A stretch of 64,000 nt of DNA from Octopus sinensis. Lineage: Eukaryota. Location: assembly GCF_006345805.1 (NCBI RefSeq), contig NC_043001.1, forward strand, positions 14,880,001-14,944,000. The letters are read 5' to 3'. The notes beneath the pieces are model-generated. The model did not search any database. It worked only from the letters and a program-made list of their open reading frames with translations, and had not been told where the DNA came from. The translations under genes and the position numbers were made by a program. Below are positions 13,735 to 25,938 of this stretch, one piece after another. Positions within the stretch are counted from its first letter, which is position 1. Each line of letters opens with the position of its first letter.

Positions 13735-13985
13735 AAGTACTGCCTCAAGTCCTAGGATTCATGGGGTCGATTACCCGGTTCCCATGGCGTATATGTGACT
13801 GAGATCACCAAATCCCTCCTGAAGGGGACACTGGTCTATCACAGGGATACTAATTTACAGTTGAGTGAACTAGAACAATGTGAAATTAAGTGTTATGCTC
13901 AAAAATACAACGCACTACTGTCTGGGAATTGAAACCACGACCTTGTAATTGGAAGTGCAACACCCTAACCACTTCACCACGCACC
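13735..13985 (-). mobile_element. SINE family S4-like, diverged
   Basis: Reverse complement has a tRNA-like head then ttgagcataacacttaatttcacattgtt, as in 45308. Confidence 0.55.
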
Positions 13986-15129
13986 TATAAAGATACGTCC
14001 ATTATATAATTCAATATTTTTGTGTACTGCTTCCCTTTGCAGTAAGGAGCCCCTGCGTGGTAGCTAGATCTTTGTAAATTGATTTGGGGGTGAGGAAGCA
14101 AAGAAAAAAGGGAACACACAACACAATATAAATTCATGAATAGACCCCCGCACGATGTATTCATAAAAAAAAGGTTGAGGTTTGAAGTGGGACTGCTAAA
14201 AAAAAATCAATACTATATAATTAGGCTGTTTGATGAATTTGTCGATAATTGTCTGGGAAACTGCATTTGGTGAGGGTGTTACTGATAACTAATCAATAGG
14301 GCAACGAGCAATAATATTGATCTTCATCAACTTTATTAAAAAAAAAACCTAGCTGGAATGGTTGTTAGTCGCCATTATTATAACTGAACATTTTCATTGC
14401 CATCAGACTACAGTAAAATACAAGGAGGTGGTTGGATTAACTAGGAACCGCTAGCAATAGATGTAAGACCAGCTCTGCTAACCATATCGATCTCACCGTT
14501 CTTTGAGGACTTGCAGATACCATGACGAAAACCCGTCTTTCAAACCAAGCCAATATACATATATATTTGTATGTGTGTGTGTGTGTGTGTATTCTTATGT
14601 ATATGTGTGCATGTTTGAATATATAAGTATATTTATATATCTTATATATATATATTTAAACACACACATACCTACCTACTTACATACATACATGCATGCA
14701 TGCATACATATATACATACATACAAGTGTGTGTGTGTGTGTGTGTGAGATATCACTTCTGTATACACACACACACACACACACACGCATATATATACATA
14801 CATACATATCTATCTATCTGTGTGTAATGGTTTGATGTGAAAGGCGGTTTACATGATCTCTGCAAGTACTCAAATATATATATATATACTCTTTTACTCG
14901 TTTTAGCCATGTAGTCATGGTCATGCTGGAGCACCATATATATATAAACAAATATAACCAATATATATTATATACAATGTATATAATATATATTTATAAA
15001 CACGTGTGTATGAGTGTGTATTCTCAGACTAGAAGAACTCCACTTTACCATCCAGCTATGTCTAGCAACTTTGAGAAAAACTACGTGTTGCATGATCTAC
15101 CCTGAAATAATATTATCAATGATATCACC

Positions 15130-15438
15130 AAAGCCCTACCATACCGTGGTGGCCGGTAGCCTGGCTCATCAGGGCCGGTTTCCCAGCTTCCTTGGCGTAT
15201 AGGTTCCTCACCTGGACAGGACGCTGGTCCGTCACAGGTGAGCTGCAAGATGCAGGAGGAAAGAGTGAGAGAAAGTTGTGGCGAAGGGGTCTACAGAAAT
15301 TCGCCATTACCTTTTGCCGGAGCCGCATGGAGCTTAGGTGTTTCGCTCATAAACACACACATTGCCCGGTCTGAAATTCGAACACGCGATCCCTCGACCG
15401 CGAGTCCGCTGCTTTAACCACTAGGCCATGTGCCTCCG
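15130..15438 (-). mobile_element. SINE family S3
   Basis: Reverse complement begins ggaggcacatggcctagtggttaaagcagcggactcgcggtcg. Confidence 0.8.
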
Positions 15439-16149
15439 CAACACCTCCACATCCTCTTCATCCGTGAACTTCACAAAAAGCCTGAACTCATTATGACCTG
15501 CAGCTGTAATGCACTAAGGGCCTATTACCTCAACAACCAATCAATAGGTGAACCTTGTAGGTAAACCGTTATTTAGCTTCATCCACGTACTCCGACACAC
15601 ACCATATAATACTGCAAATGCCTGCTCCTCTCCCAGAGACACACAGACACATTCATAGTTACTTATGGCTTAGAAAGAGTTTACTCACTTCACGAACATA
15701 AAACGTATATAAACCCATGAATCCGCATGTTCAATGGACTTGACCACATCACACACATCTATAAAAGCTTGCACAAGCAATCGATACCACCACACATGCA
15801 CACTCACACACAAGCAGACATACGCACACATACATACCTATATATACATATACGCACACATATACACACACAGAGGGAGGGAGAAAGCGAAAAAATACAA
15901 ACATGCATACTATATACACACATATACACACATACACACACACACATATAATCACACAGATACACATGTACACACACACATACATATATACATACATATT
16001 GCTAAGTATCATAGTCGATGTGAAACCGATGGTAAGTCATTAAATATGCACACCATGCACATAGGCACCAAACACCAAATGCTCACAGACTAATTTCAAT
16101 GCGATAACGCCACATGCACACTTGCACACATACACATTAGCTTATACCT

Positions 16150-16365
16150 ATTTCTTTACTACCCACAAGGGGCTACACACAGAGAGGACAGACACATGAG
16201 TTAAGTCGATTATATCGACCCCAGTGCATAACTGGTACTTAATTTATCGACCCCCAAAAGGATGAAAGGCAAAGTCAACCTCGGCGGAATTTGAACTCAG
16301 AACATAGCGGCAGATGAAATACAGCTACGCATTTTGCCCGGCATGCTAACGTTTCTGCCAGCTTG
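16150..16365 (-). mobile_element. SINE family S2
   Basis: Full head, core and tail in reverse. Confidence 0.8.
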
Positions 16366-16433
16366 CCTACATTAGCTAATACCATGACCATTATCCATCT
16401 CCTATTCATAGCATTGAAAATGCACATATACAG

Positions 16434-17072
16434 CACAGGCATGGCTATGTGGAAAGAAGCTTGCTTCCCAACCTCAGGGTTCCAGGTTCAGTCTGACTGT
16501 GTAAAATCTTGGGCAAGTGTTTTCTACTATAAACTCGGGTTTTTCAAAGCCTTGTGAGTGGATTTGGTTGACAGAAACTGAAAGAAACTCATTGTATATA
16601 TATTAAAGGTGGCGAGCTGGCAGAATCGTTATCACGCCGGGCGAAATGCTTAGCAGTATTTCGTCTGCTGAGTTCAAATTCCACCGAGGTCAACTTTGCC
16701 TTTCATCCCTTCAGGGTCGATAAATAAAGTACCAGTTATGCATTGGGGTCGATGTAATTGACTTAATCCCTTTGTCTGTCCTTGTTTGTCCCCTCTATGT
16801 TCAGCCCCTTGTGGGCAATAAAGAAATATATATATATTAATGAGTGTGAGTGCATGTCTTTGCTTCTGTTTGCTACCCTGCTGCTTGACAACTGGTGTTG
16901 TTGTGTTTATGTCTCTGTAACTTAGTGGTTCAGCAAAAGAAACTGACAGAATAAATACCAGGCTGAAAAAAAATGACTAGCACTTGGGTTGATTCGTTTG
17001 ACTAAAATCTCTTGAAGGCTGTGCTCCAGCATGGCCGCGGTCGAATGACTGAAACAAGTTAAAGATTAAAGA
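16434..17072 (+). mobile_element. SINE S1 with an S2 SINE nested in its central microsatellite
   Basis: Head 16434-16600, tail 16840-17072. Confidence 0.75.
16606..16827 (+). mobile_element. SINE family S2 (nested)
   Basis: ggtggcgagctggcagaatcg... through the tail gtgggcaataaagaaa. Confidence 0.85.
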
Positions 17073-17240
17073 TATATAAATACACACACAACATATAACA
17101 CATGCTCTCCATATGACAGCGCAAACCTATTCCAGCCCTAAACTTGCACACACACACACACACACCACACACACAAACACACATACACACGCGCACACAC
17201 AAACACACACACACGCACACACACAGACACACACACACAC

Positions 17241-17363
17241 ACATGGCTATATCAGGTTGTAAACGCTGGTCCTCATCTGGTCACTGAAGTTAAGCAACGT
17301 AGAACCTAGTTATAACTTCGATGAGTGACCACTTCAAAAACCAATCTGTTGTAAGCATCTTTT
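17241..17363 (+). pseudogene. Diverged full-length 5S rRNA pseudogene
   Basis: Colinear with invertebrate 5S (gaagttaagcaacg box A, gatgagtgacc box C, tgtaagc then a T run), many transitions. Confidence 0.65.
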
Positions 17364-17708
17364 AAGGTGGTGTTCCAGCATGGTCGAAGTCTAATGATTG
17401 AAAGAAGTAAAAGAATAACAGAATAACACAATTAAATAAGTACCAGTTACTCACTGGGGTCGATGTAATTGACGTAATCCGTTTGTTTGTCCTTGTCTGT
17501 CCCCTCTGTGTGTACCCCCTTGTGGGCAATAAAGAAATAAGAAACTTGAAGCCTTCCACATGTGCTATTTGCAGAACATATGCAACATAAAATGGTAAGA
17601 TAAGGTATCCAATGCCAAAATCTTAGAAAAATGTGATAACTCCAGTACCCAAAGCATGTTGATGAGAATTCAGTGAAGATGAGTAGGACATGTTGTTCAA
17701 ATGGAAAA

Positions 17709-17970
17709 TCATCATCATCATCATTTAGTGTCCGTTTTCCATGCTAGCATGGGTTGGACAGTTCAACTGGGGTCTGTGAAGCCAGAAGGCTGCACCAGGC
17801 CCAGTCTGATCTGGCAGTGGTTCTACGGCTGGATGCCCTTCCTAATGCCAACCACTCTGTGAGTGTAGTGGGTGCTTTTTACGTGCCACCCGCACAGGTG
17901 CCAGACAGAGCTGGCAAACGGCCACGAACGGATGGTGCTTTTTATGTGCCACTGGCACGAGGGCCCACAT
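17709..17970 (-). mobile_element. RTE LINE 3' end fragment
   Basis: (CAT)n plus the conserved terminal 200 bp. Confidence 0.85.
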
Positions 17971-17974
17971 TTCG

Positions 17975-18460
17975 AAAATTCTTCTGTATTTCCAACAAGT
18001 GGAGAGATATTGCGGCAGAGGAAAACCTCTCTTTAGATATGAAGATAAGTTGAAGCAATTACTGAAAAATCTCTACAGCTTAAGCTGCCATCTTCGGAAA
18101 GTCATTGCCTGGATCAATCTGCATGGCGGGAAATGTGTCTCGAAGCATCCAAACAATTTGAGTTGTAGAAAAAGAACAATAGAAGAATCATATCCGGCAA
18201 CCAATAGACATTTGCCCACTCCTAGGCAAAACCGAAATCATCAATGTCCTCATTGTGACTTCATAACAAAAATCTATTCCTGGACTGAAATCACATTCAC
18301 GCATCCGTCGCAAATACTCACTGCTTCTTAGTGTTCTTTCCTTTCTTTTTCTACTTAACTTCAAGTTCTCTCCTTCAAACACTCATACAGCAAAACCGAT
18401 GGGAGCAACCATCATCGTTATAATTATGTAATAAAGAAATCATCATCATCATTATTATTG
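17975..18460 (+). mobile_element. Old BovB-like RTE LINE C-terminal fragment
   Basis: Peptides GKPLFRYEDKLKQLLK, DQSAWREMC..FE and CPHCDF...GLKSHSR in shifting frames; (CAT)n-like tail. Confidence 0.55.
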
Positions 18461-18579
18461 AGGTTTCAGGGAAATCTTGTACAGTGGAGTTCCTCGATTA
18501 TCCCTAAGGGGCCTTCCTGTATTGGGGGGGGGGCACACACATCTCTGTCATCCTCCCCGCCACTCTTTTTTTAAACCTT

Positions 18580-18611
<32 letters not shown>

Positions 18612-18616
<5 letters not shown>

Positions 18617-18978
18617 ATAATAAATATTAGGGAATAAATCCAAATTTACAGGGAAAAATCAGATTTAGGATTGAATCCAATTTTATAGTAAAATATAATA
18701 TAATATTAATTAGAGACAAAACCACTATTATGCAAATCAAACAAAGAAAGACTTAATCCAATACATAAAAAATTTTATATAAATTAAATAAAATTAAGTT
18801 ATCCACTACAATTGTTTCCTGTCACTTCTAAGGACATTCATCAGGTGGTTTCAATACCTTCTATTCAATTTAAAATTATGTAGTGGATAACTTAATTTTA
18901 TTTATTTATATAAAATTTTTTATGTATTGGATTAAGTCTTTCTTTGTTTGATTTGCATAATAGTGGTTTTGTCTCTAA

Positions 18979-18990
<12 letters not shown>
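18612..18990. mobile_element. Head-to-head palindromic Penelope-like element flanked by (TA)n
   Basis: Arms about 18698-18810 and 18879-18990 are reverse complements; spacer holds a hammerhead. Confidence 0.75.
18803..18848 (-). ncRNA. Minimal type I hammerhead ribozyme motif
   Basis: ccac-CUGAUGA-a-uguc...gaca-g-GAAA-caauu-GUA-gugg; A.G mismatch at the base of stem II. Confidence 0.7.
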
Positions 18991-19030
<40 letters not shown>

Positions 19031-19190
19031 GATGGGCTTCTTTCAGTTTCTGTCTACCAAATCCATTCACAAGGCTTTGGTTGCCCCGAGGCTATAGTAG
19101 AAGACACTTGCCCAAGGTGCCACACAGTGGGACTGAACCCGGAACCATGTGGTTGGTAAGCAAGCTACTTACCACAAAGCCACTCCTACG
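19031..19190 (-). mobile_element. SINE S1 head
   Basis: Matches the S1 5' half. Confidence 0.8.
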
Positions 19191-19203
19191 CAAATAAATG
19201 AAA

Positions 19204-19204
<1 letters not shown>

Positions 19205-19238
<34 letters not shown>

Positions 19239-19692
19239 TAGTCTTATTTTTATAACGTGCTTTCACTTCACATGCCTTGGGTATGTGCTGTGGTTTGTTG
19301 TGATGCTCTTATTTTCACTGTATTGAAAGTGTATTGCGTAGGATGTGTGCATGTTATATGTTTGTAAGTCCTGGTGTTTTTGTTATGTATTTGTCTGAAT
19401 ATTTTTTTATCATACCTATTGCGCCCACTATGATAGGAATTGTTTCTGCTTTTAGATTCCACATTCGAGTTACCTCTATTTCCAGGTCTTTGTATTTTGA
19501 AAGTTTCTCCATTTCTTTTAGAGAAATGTTGCCATTTGCTGGTATTGATACATCAGTTAGAAAGCCTTTTTTTCTTCATGATCTCTGACAACTATATCTG
19601 GCCATTTGTCTTTAATTTCTCTATCTGTGTGTATTGGCATATCCCATAGTATGGTTGCTTTCTTGTTTTCTGTGACCTTTTCTTGCATGTGC
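19205..19692 (-). mobile_element. R4/Dong-like non-LTR retrotransposon 3' fragment (restriction-like endonuclease region)
   Basis: KATILWDMPIHTDREIK..PDIVV...TDVSIP..EKLSKYKDLEIEVTRMWNLK..IPIIVGA...AHILRNTLS*; (AAT)n tail. Confidence 0.8.
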
Positions 19693-19771
<79 letters not shown>

Positions 19772-19889
19772 TAGTGTTATTTTTGTAATGTGCTTCCACT
19801 TCACTACTGAGTGCAGCTCTGTGTGCCTTGATTCCACATTTAAGTTACCTCCATTTCCAAGTCTTTGTATTTTGAAAGTTTCTCCATAG
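19693..19889 (-). mobile_element. Second, deleted R4/Dong-like 3' fragment with a long (AAT)n tail
   Basis: MEKLSKYKDLEMEV fused to the same 3' UTR; (TTA)n at 19693-19767. Confidence 0.75.
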
Positions 19890-20147
19890 TAGTAGTAGTA
19901 GCAGCAGCAGTAGTTGTGGTGGTCGTAGCTGTTGCAGTGTTTGAATATCAATTTGAGCATGTATGTACATGCACGATGTGTGTGTGTGTGTGTGTGACTA
20001 ACAGAACACATTAATCAATAACACGCACCAAACAGGGGTGGGTGGTACTACAGCCCAGACCGAGGAAAAAAACCCATTTGTCATTGATAATCAATAATAA
20101 TGTTATGATTTGCACCTATGTAATTACACACTATTCAATACTCATAT

Positions 20148-20365
20148 CGAATTTCGGCACAAGGCCAGCAGTTTCAGAGGGAGAGGGTAAGTCGATTACA
20201 TTGACCCCTCCCCAGTATATGACTGGTACTTATTTTATCGACCTCCGAAAGAATGGAAGGCAAAGTCGACATTGGTGGAATTTGAAACCAAGACGTTAAA
20301 ATGGACAAAATGCCACTAAGCATTTCGCCTGGTCTGCAAGCAATTCTGCTAGTTCGCCATCTTAA
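20148..20365 (-). mobile_element. SINE family S2
   Basis: Core and head in reverse. Confidence 0.75.
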
Positions 20366-21177
20366 AGTGTCTTGCTCAATGCGCTGCCAGGAACCAAACT
20401 CATGACTTTATGATCATTAACAGGATACCCTAACCATTAAGCCACGCGTCTTCACCTTTGTGTATTTCATACTGAGGATGCATGTTTTCTTCTTCTTCTC
20501 TTCTTCTTCTTCTTCTTCTTTCTTCTTCTTCTTCTTTTCTTCTTCTTCTTCTTCTTCTTCTTCTTCTTCTTCTTCCAGTCAGGAACCACAAAGAATAATC
20601 TCTAATTCGAGCCTACTCTAAGCTACTAAGAATGCGTGTGGCAACTTGAAGATCCACCCACCACATGCGATAGACTGGCGGTTGCACGACGGCTATGTTG
20701 TTATCCTCATTCCGTAAACGGTGGCTTTTAACGGGTGAAAAGCTGAACCATCCTGGGGTACAGAGGATCCGCAATCTAGACTAGGGTCTGAAAGTTTACC
20801 ACATAATAGTAGGTTACACCATGGTTCCTCTGCTTTGTGGCAGAAGTAGGAAGAAAGAGTGAGAGAAAGTTGTGGTGGAAGAGTACAGCGTGAGAACTAC
20901 GTTAAGAGTACACGTGTCTCTAGAATGCACAGCCACTTGCATGTTAATAAATGAGCTGCGACGTCACTAGTGCCAAGCTGTATCAGCCTTTCCCTTTCCC
21001 TTGGATAACATCGGTGGCGTGAGAGGGGAGTGTGCTATGCCTGGACGACTGCTGGTCTTCCATAAACAACCTTGCCCAGACTTGTGCCTCGGAGGGTAAC
21101 TTTCTAGGTGCAATCCCATGGTCTAAAATATATATATATATATATATATATGATGATGATGATATATATATATATGT

Positions 21178-21465
21178 GGAGGCACAATGGCCCAATGGTT
21201 AGGGCAGCGGACTTGCGGTCGTAGGATCGCGGTTTCAATTCCCAGACCGGGTGTTGTGTGTGTTTATTGAGCGAAAACACCTAAAAGCTTCATGAGGCTC
21301 CGGCAGGGGATGTACTCTTTCACCACTCTTTCTCCCATTCTTTCTTCTGTTGGCCTGCTCGCTTAGCCAGCGGGGGGTGGCGTCATGCGGAAGGCTAAAA
21401 CAATGTGAACGCATTGTGACCAGTGATGTGTAACAACATCTGATGGACTGGTCGGTCACGTGATG
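21178..21465 (+). mobile_element. SINE family S3 (tRNA-derived head)
   Basis: ggaggcacaatggcccaatggttagggcagcggacttgcggtcgtaggatcgcggtttcaattccc. Confidence 0.8.
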
Positions 21466-21491
21466 ATATATATATATATATTATATATATA

Positions 21492-21550
<59 letters not shown>

Positions 21551-21873
21551 TGTGTGTATAAACACACATACACACACACAAACATATGCATGTATGTACG
21601 TATGTATACATACATGCATTTATATAGGCCCACAAATACACACATGTACATACATACAAGCAAACATGTATACATGCCTGCATACTTGTTTGTGCATACA
21701 TTTGTATATAAATGTAAGTACATATGTATATGTATGTGTATATATGCAAATTTCTATGCCGACAAGCACACACACACACACATGAACACACTGATATACA
21801 CACATATATATACTGTATTAAGTTGTTCATTGAACTGTAGTTTTCTACATTGTTTGATCTCTCTCTCACTTTC

Positions 21874-21918
<45 letters not shown>

Positions 21919-21989
21919 CACACATACACATATATGTATACACACATACACATATATGTATATATGTATATATATATATATATATATAA

Positions 21990-22230
21990 TTATAATAAAG
22001 GGTTAAAAACAACAAGTTGCTCAAAACCACATACCGAAAATATTAGAAATAGCAGCCAAAATTGGTCAGTATTTCCTCTACTAGTAAAAAGTCTCCACAA
22101 ACAAACAGAATTTGTAAGCTGTATATGGCAAAAAAAGGCAGAAAATAATGAAAACCCAGCCTCTGGATTAATTATAGACGACTCGTTTCTGGATTAGAAC
22201 CGAAGGTTCATTTCCTTGTCAATATAATAT
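21990..22230 (-). mobile_element. Diverged Penelope-like terminal fragment
   Basis: aataaagggtt..accacataccgaa..ttagaaatagcag resembles 47575-47630. Confidence 0.45.
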
Positions 22231-22271
22231 TTCCTATAGATCTAGAAATGCTAGGGGAAAAAAAAACTTAC

Positions 22272-22423
22272 CCGCTACACCAGTACGATCTGCAACATCG
22301 GACGGCTTAACGGAACTGCTAGCATTCGTACATCTATGCCGACATGCGAATTCATATTTCCCTCCAAAATCTACCACGTGAGCCACAAAAACATTACCAA
22401 CGAAACGAAAAATTCGGAGATAA
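22272..22423 (-). CDS. Candidate host exon (YLRIFRFVGNVFVAHVVDFGGKYEFACRHRCTNASSSVKPSDVADRTGVA), product unknown
   Basis: Consensus donor CGG|gtaagt, acceptor gctcccttacaag|; only one frame open. Confidence 0.35.
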
Positions 22424-22498
22424 CTTGTAAGGGAGCAAAAGTATTCAATATTCAATAAAGGGTGGAATATAATTAATTTAATAAAATATATATATATA

Positions 22499-22561
<63 letters not shown>

Positions 22562-23021
22562 AGCACATGCACATATATGGCCATTGATTTATGCATACAT
22601 GTATATGCATATACATTATACATTAGAGCAGATTAGATTGATTCTTTCAGGAAATAGAAGGGTAACTGATTCTCTTGTACTTATACGAAAAATCATTGAC
22701 TGAGATGAAACTGAGGTCATCGCGACCTGGTGGCTGTGACCTTAGCTGTAGATGTATTGTGAAAGCCCGTGTCATCTAATGGGATCTGCTTGGAAAGAAA
22801 ATGTATTATGTCAGGGGAACAACAACGAATAATAGCGTGACACTGTCTATGAAAACATATATCGGTTTTCTGTGACAATACAGTGCCAGGAACATTATAT
22901 TGTGTCAGTGTGGCAATGGTGGTGGTGATGATGATGATGATGATGATCAATTAAGTCGTGGATCTCCAGAACCCTTATCTCACTGCTGTGATAGCTCATA
23001 AATCATATATATATATATATA

Positions 23022-23360
23022 CTAGCAGTATTGCCCGGCGTTGCTCAGGTTTGTAAGGGAAATAACTATAAAGCATTTTTAGAGAGTTATAGCAAAAAAA
23101 TGGAAAAAAACTTTTGTGTCCCCTAGACAGTTTGCGGTTTGTGTTTCTGATTCTCGACCCCATGTCGAATTTATCGATTTTTTTCAGAACTGGGGGAACT
23201 TTTCAAAATTTTCGCTGCGTTAGTTTTGAATTATGACATTGGGCTATGCGTGTGTCAAGTTTCATCAGAATCGGTTGAAAGCCGTGGTCAGGGTGAGGGT
23301 ACGAGAAAACAGACACACAGAAACACACGCACAGCAAACTGCCGTTTATATAGAGAGAGA
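23022..23360 (-). mobile_element. Non-autonomous Helitron (339 bp) sharing its 5' 240 bp with the autonomous element
   Basis: A|TC start, near identity to 26228-26467, subterminal hairpin and CTAG|T. Confidence 0.9.
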
Positions 23361-23753
23361 TATATATGTATATATTATATATTATATATATATTATATAT
23401 ATATGTATGTATATATATATATATATTATATATATATATATTATATATATATATGAGTGTGTGTATAAACACACATACACACACACAAACATATGCATGT
23501 ATGTACGTATGTATAAATATATGCGTTTATATAGGCCCACAAATACACACCGTTGCGTGTTGCATTCATCACACACACACACACACCCATCCATCCATCC
23601 ACATATATATATATACATACACACACGCACACACACACACATATACAAATACGCACATATATGTAGATAAACACTCACACACACACACATAAACAGATAC
23701 GCACATATATGTAGATAAACACACACACACATATGTGTATACATATATATATA

Positions 23754-24597
23754 CAAGGTGTTCCAAAAGTCACTGACAGGTTTCAATTTTTAATAACTTC
23801 CGTAACTTCACAAATAAATGCATGAAATTTTGATACAATTTAAAGGACATAATGGAAATTAATATGCACAAGCCAAATTTTGCAACACCTCTACATCACA
23901 TATGAAAAATGTCACCACTTAAATTTGCAGCCAGTTTTGGCTACGCACACCTGTACTCTTTCCAAAACTTGCACCATAAAACCCTCAAGACTGTCAGACC
24001 CCACTTCTCTGATTTCTCTATTGATGTTCTCCTTCAGGTATCCCCTCAAGAAAAAATTCTGGCTAATAAAGTCTGGGGAACTTGAAGGCCATTCAAAGCA
24101 GACCTCATGCATGGTTTCAGCAGGATGGGGCAACTGCTCATACCACAAGAGAAACAATGCAATTGCTACGGCAGTTCTTTGGAGAGAGAATAATTTCCTT
24201 CTATGGTAATGTCAACTGGCCTTCACGTTCCCCAGACTTGACTAGCCCGGATTTTTTCTTGTGGGGGTACCTGAAAGAAAGGGTTTATGTCAACAAACCG
24301 GAGACCTTAGTGCAACTAAAGGAGAACATCAATAGAGAAATCAGAGAGGTGGGGCTGAAACTCTTGAGGGTGTTATGGTGCAAGTTTTGGAAAGTGCATG
24401 GGTGTGCGTAGCCAAAACTGGCTGCCAATTAAGCGAAGTCATTTTTCATATGTGATGTAGTGGTATTGCAAAATATGACTTGTGCATATTAATTTCCATT
24501 ATGTCTTTTATATTGTATCAAAGTTTCATGCATTTATTTGTGAAGTTACGGAAGTTATTAAAAATTGAAACCTGTCAGTGACTTTTGGAACACCCTG
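23754..24597. mobile_element. Fold-back Tc1/mariner derivative made of two inverted 3' ends
   Basis: TA flanks, TIR ca(a/g)ggtgttccaaaagtcactgacagg; WFQQDGATAH..WPSRSPDLTSPDFFLWGYLK on +, homologous peptide on -. Confidence 0.85.
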
Positions 24598-24705
24598 TAT
24601 ATATATATGTCTACGAATGTGTGTGGGTGTGTGTATGTGTGTGTGTGTGAGAGAGAGAGAGTTATATATAAACTGAATGTTTATCTTGTGACTCCATTTT
24701 CTCAC

Positions 24706-24790
24706 CATTGTAATCTAATCTCGCCTGAAGTTCACAGTAATTTGAAAGTTGAGCCGCGGAACAAACATTCCTTTTAAATAAAGCCATATC
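24706..24790 (-). CDS. Candidate host exon (DMALFKRNVCSAAQLSNYCELQARLDYN)
   Basis: Acceptor gttgtatag|, donor ATG|gtgaga, open frame. Confidence 0.25.
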
Positions 24791-25398
24791 CTATACAACA
24801 TGTAATGAACACCTCTCTCTCTCTCTCTCTCTCTCTCAGTCGTTCGACAGAAATCAACATGTGTGTGTGTGTGTGTGTGTGTCTGTGTGTGTGTGTATAC
24901 ACATATATCAATATGTAAGAGTAAAATCCAAGGATCCAAGTGTAGGAAGTTCATAAGCTTCAAGCAGTCTGTGGCAGATATAGAAAAGAAAGAGTGGACA
25001 ACGTACAGTCAGGAAAATAGCAATTTATTGGCCTCAAAGGTTACACATTTTTACCAATATCTAAGTTGTGAGGAAATTTGATAAGCTGAAAAGCTCAAGG
25101 TTAGCAAATAGATCTGCTATGAATGCAAATAAAAAGAAAAAAACGGTCAAAAAGTAAGAAAAGGAAAGAATGAGGTTGAATATTTAGGAGTAGAAATTGT
25201 ATAAAGTTGTTAGGAATGAAGAAAAAGGGAGAAGAAAGAGTAAATGGTTGCCGTCTTTAAGAAGAAGGAATCATTGCAACAACCATTACTTTTTGACTGT
25301 TTTGTTTTTTCAAGCATTTTTTTTTAATATATATTCTGTTCTTCTAGGTTCACCTTCACCTCACATTTCAAATCACTTCTGTAGTGAATTCATCATCA

Positions 25399-25429
<31 letters not shown>

Positions 25430-25477
25430 CTTGGGAATTCCAAGCTATAATGTAGCCATCATGTAATCAAAGTATTC

Positions 25478-25712
25478 TTATTTCTTTTCTACCCACAAGG
25501 GGCTAAACACTGAGGGGACAAACAAGGACAGACAAACGGATTAAGTCAATTATATCGACCCCAGTGCATAACTGGTACTTATTTAATCGACCCCGAAAGG
25601 ATGAAAGGCAAAGTTGACCTTGGCAGAATTTGAACTCTGAACGTAGCGGGAGATGAAATACCACTAAGCATTTCGCCTGGTGTGCTAACATTTCTGCCAG
25701 CTCGCCACCTTA
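25478..25712 (-). mobile_element. SINE family S2
   Basis: Full copy in reverse. Confidence 0.8.
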
Positions 25713-25938
25713 ATCAAGGCATTCTTGGCCTGATGAATAGCTTAGCTGAATACCTCTTGTTGAGTAATTATTACTTCAGGAGATCAGCTAACTAAGAAGC
25801 ATGTAACCTGGATTTTACCAGTTCCAATTTTACAATTGTGAGCCCAAGTAGACATTTTACAATAATTAATTTGTAGAAAAAGGAGAATCGTGTGTAACTG
25901 ATGTTTTTATAGCATGTTCATACTTACATAGATACACA

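Noticed and set aside
20485-20840. Possible LINE 3' end with a (GAA)n tail on the minus strand
   Set aside because: No coding remnant or second copy in the window
21178-21250. tRNA genes at SINE heads
   Set aside because: A and B boxes are present but there is no complete cloverleaf, and each continues into a SINE body
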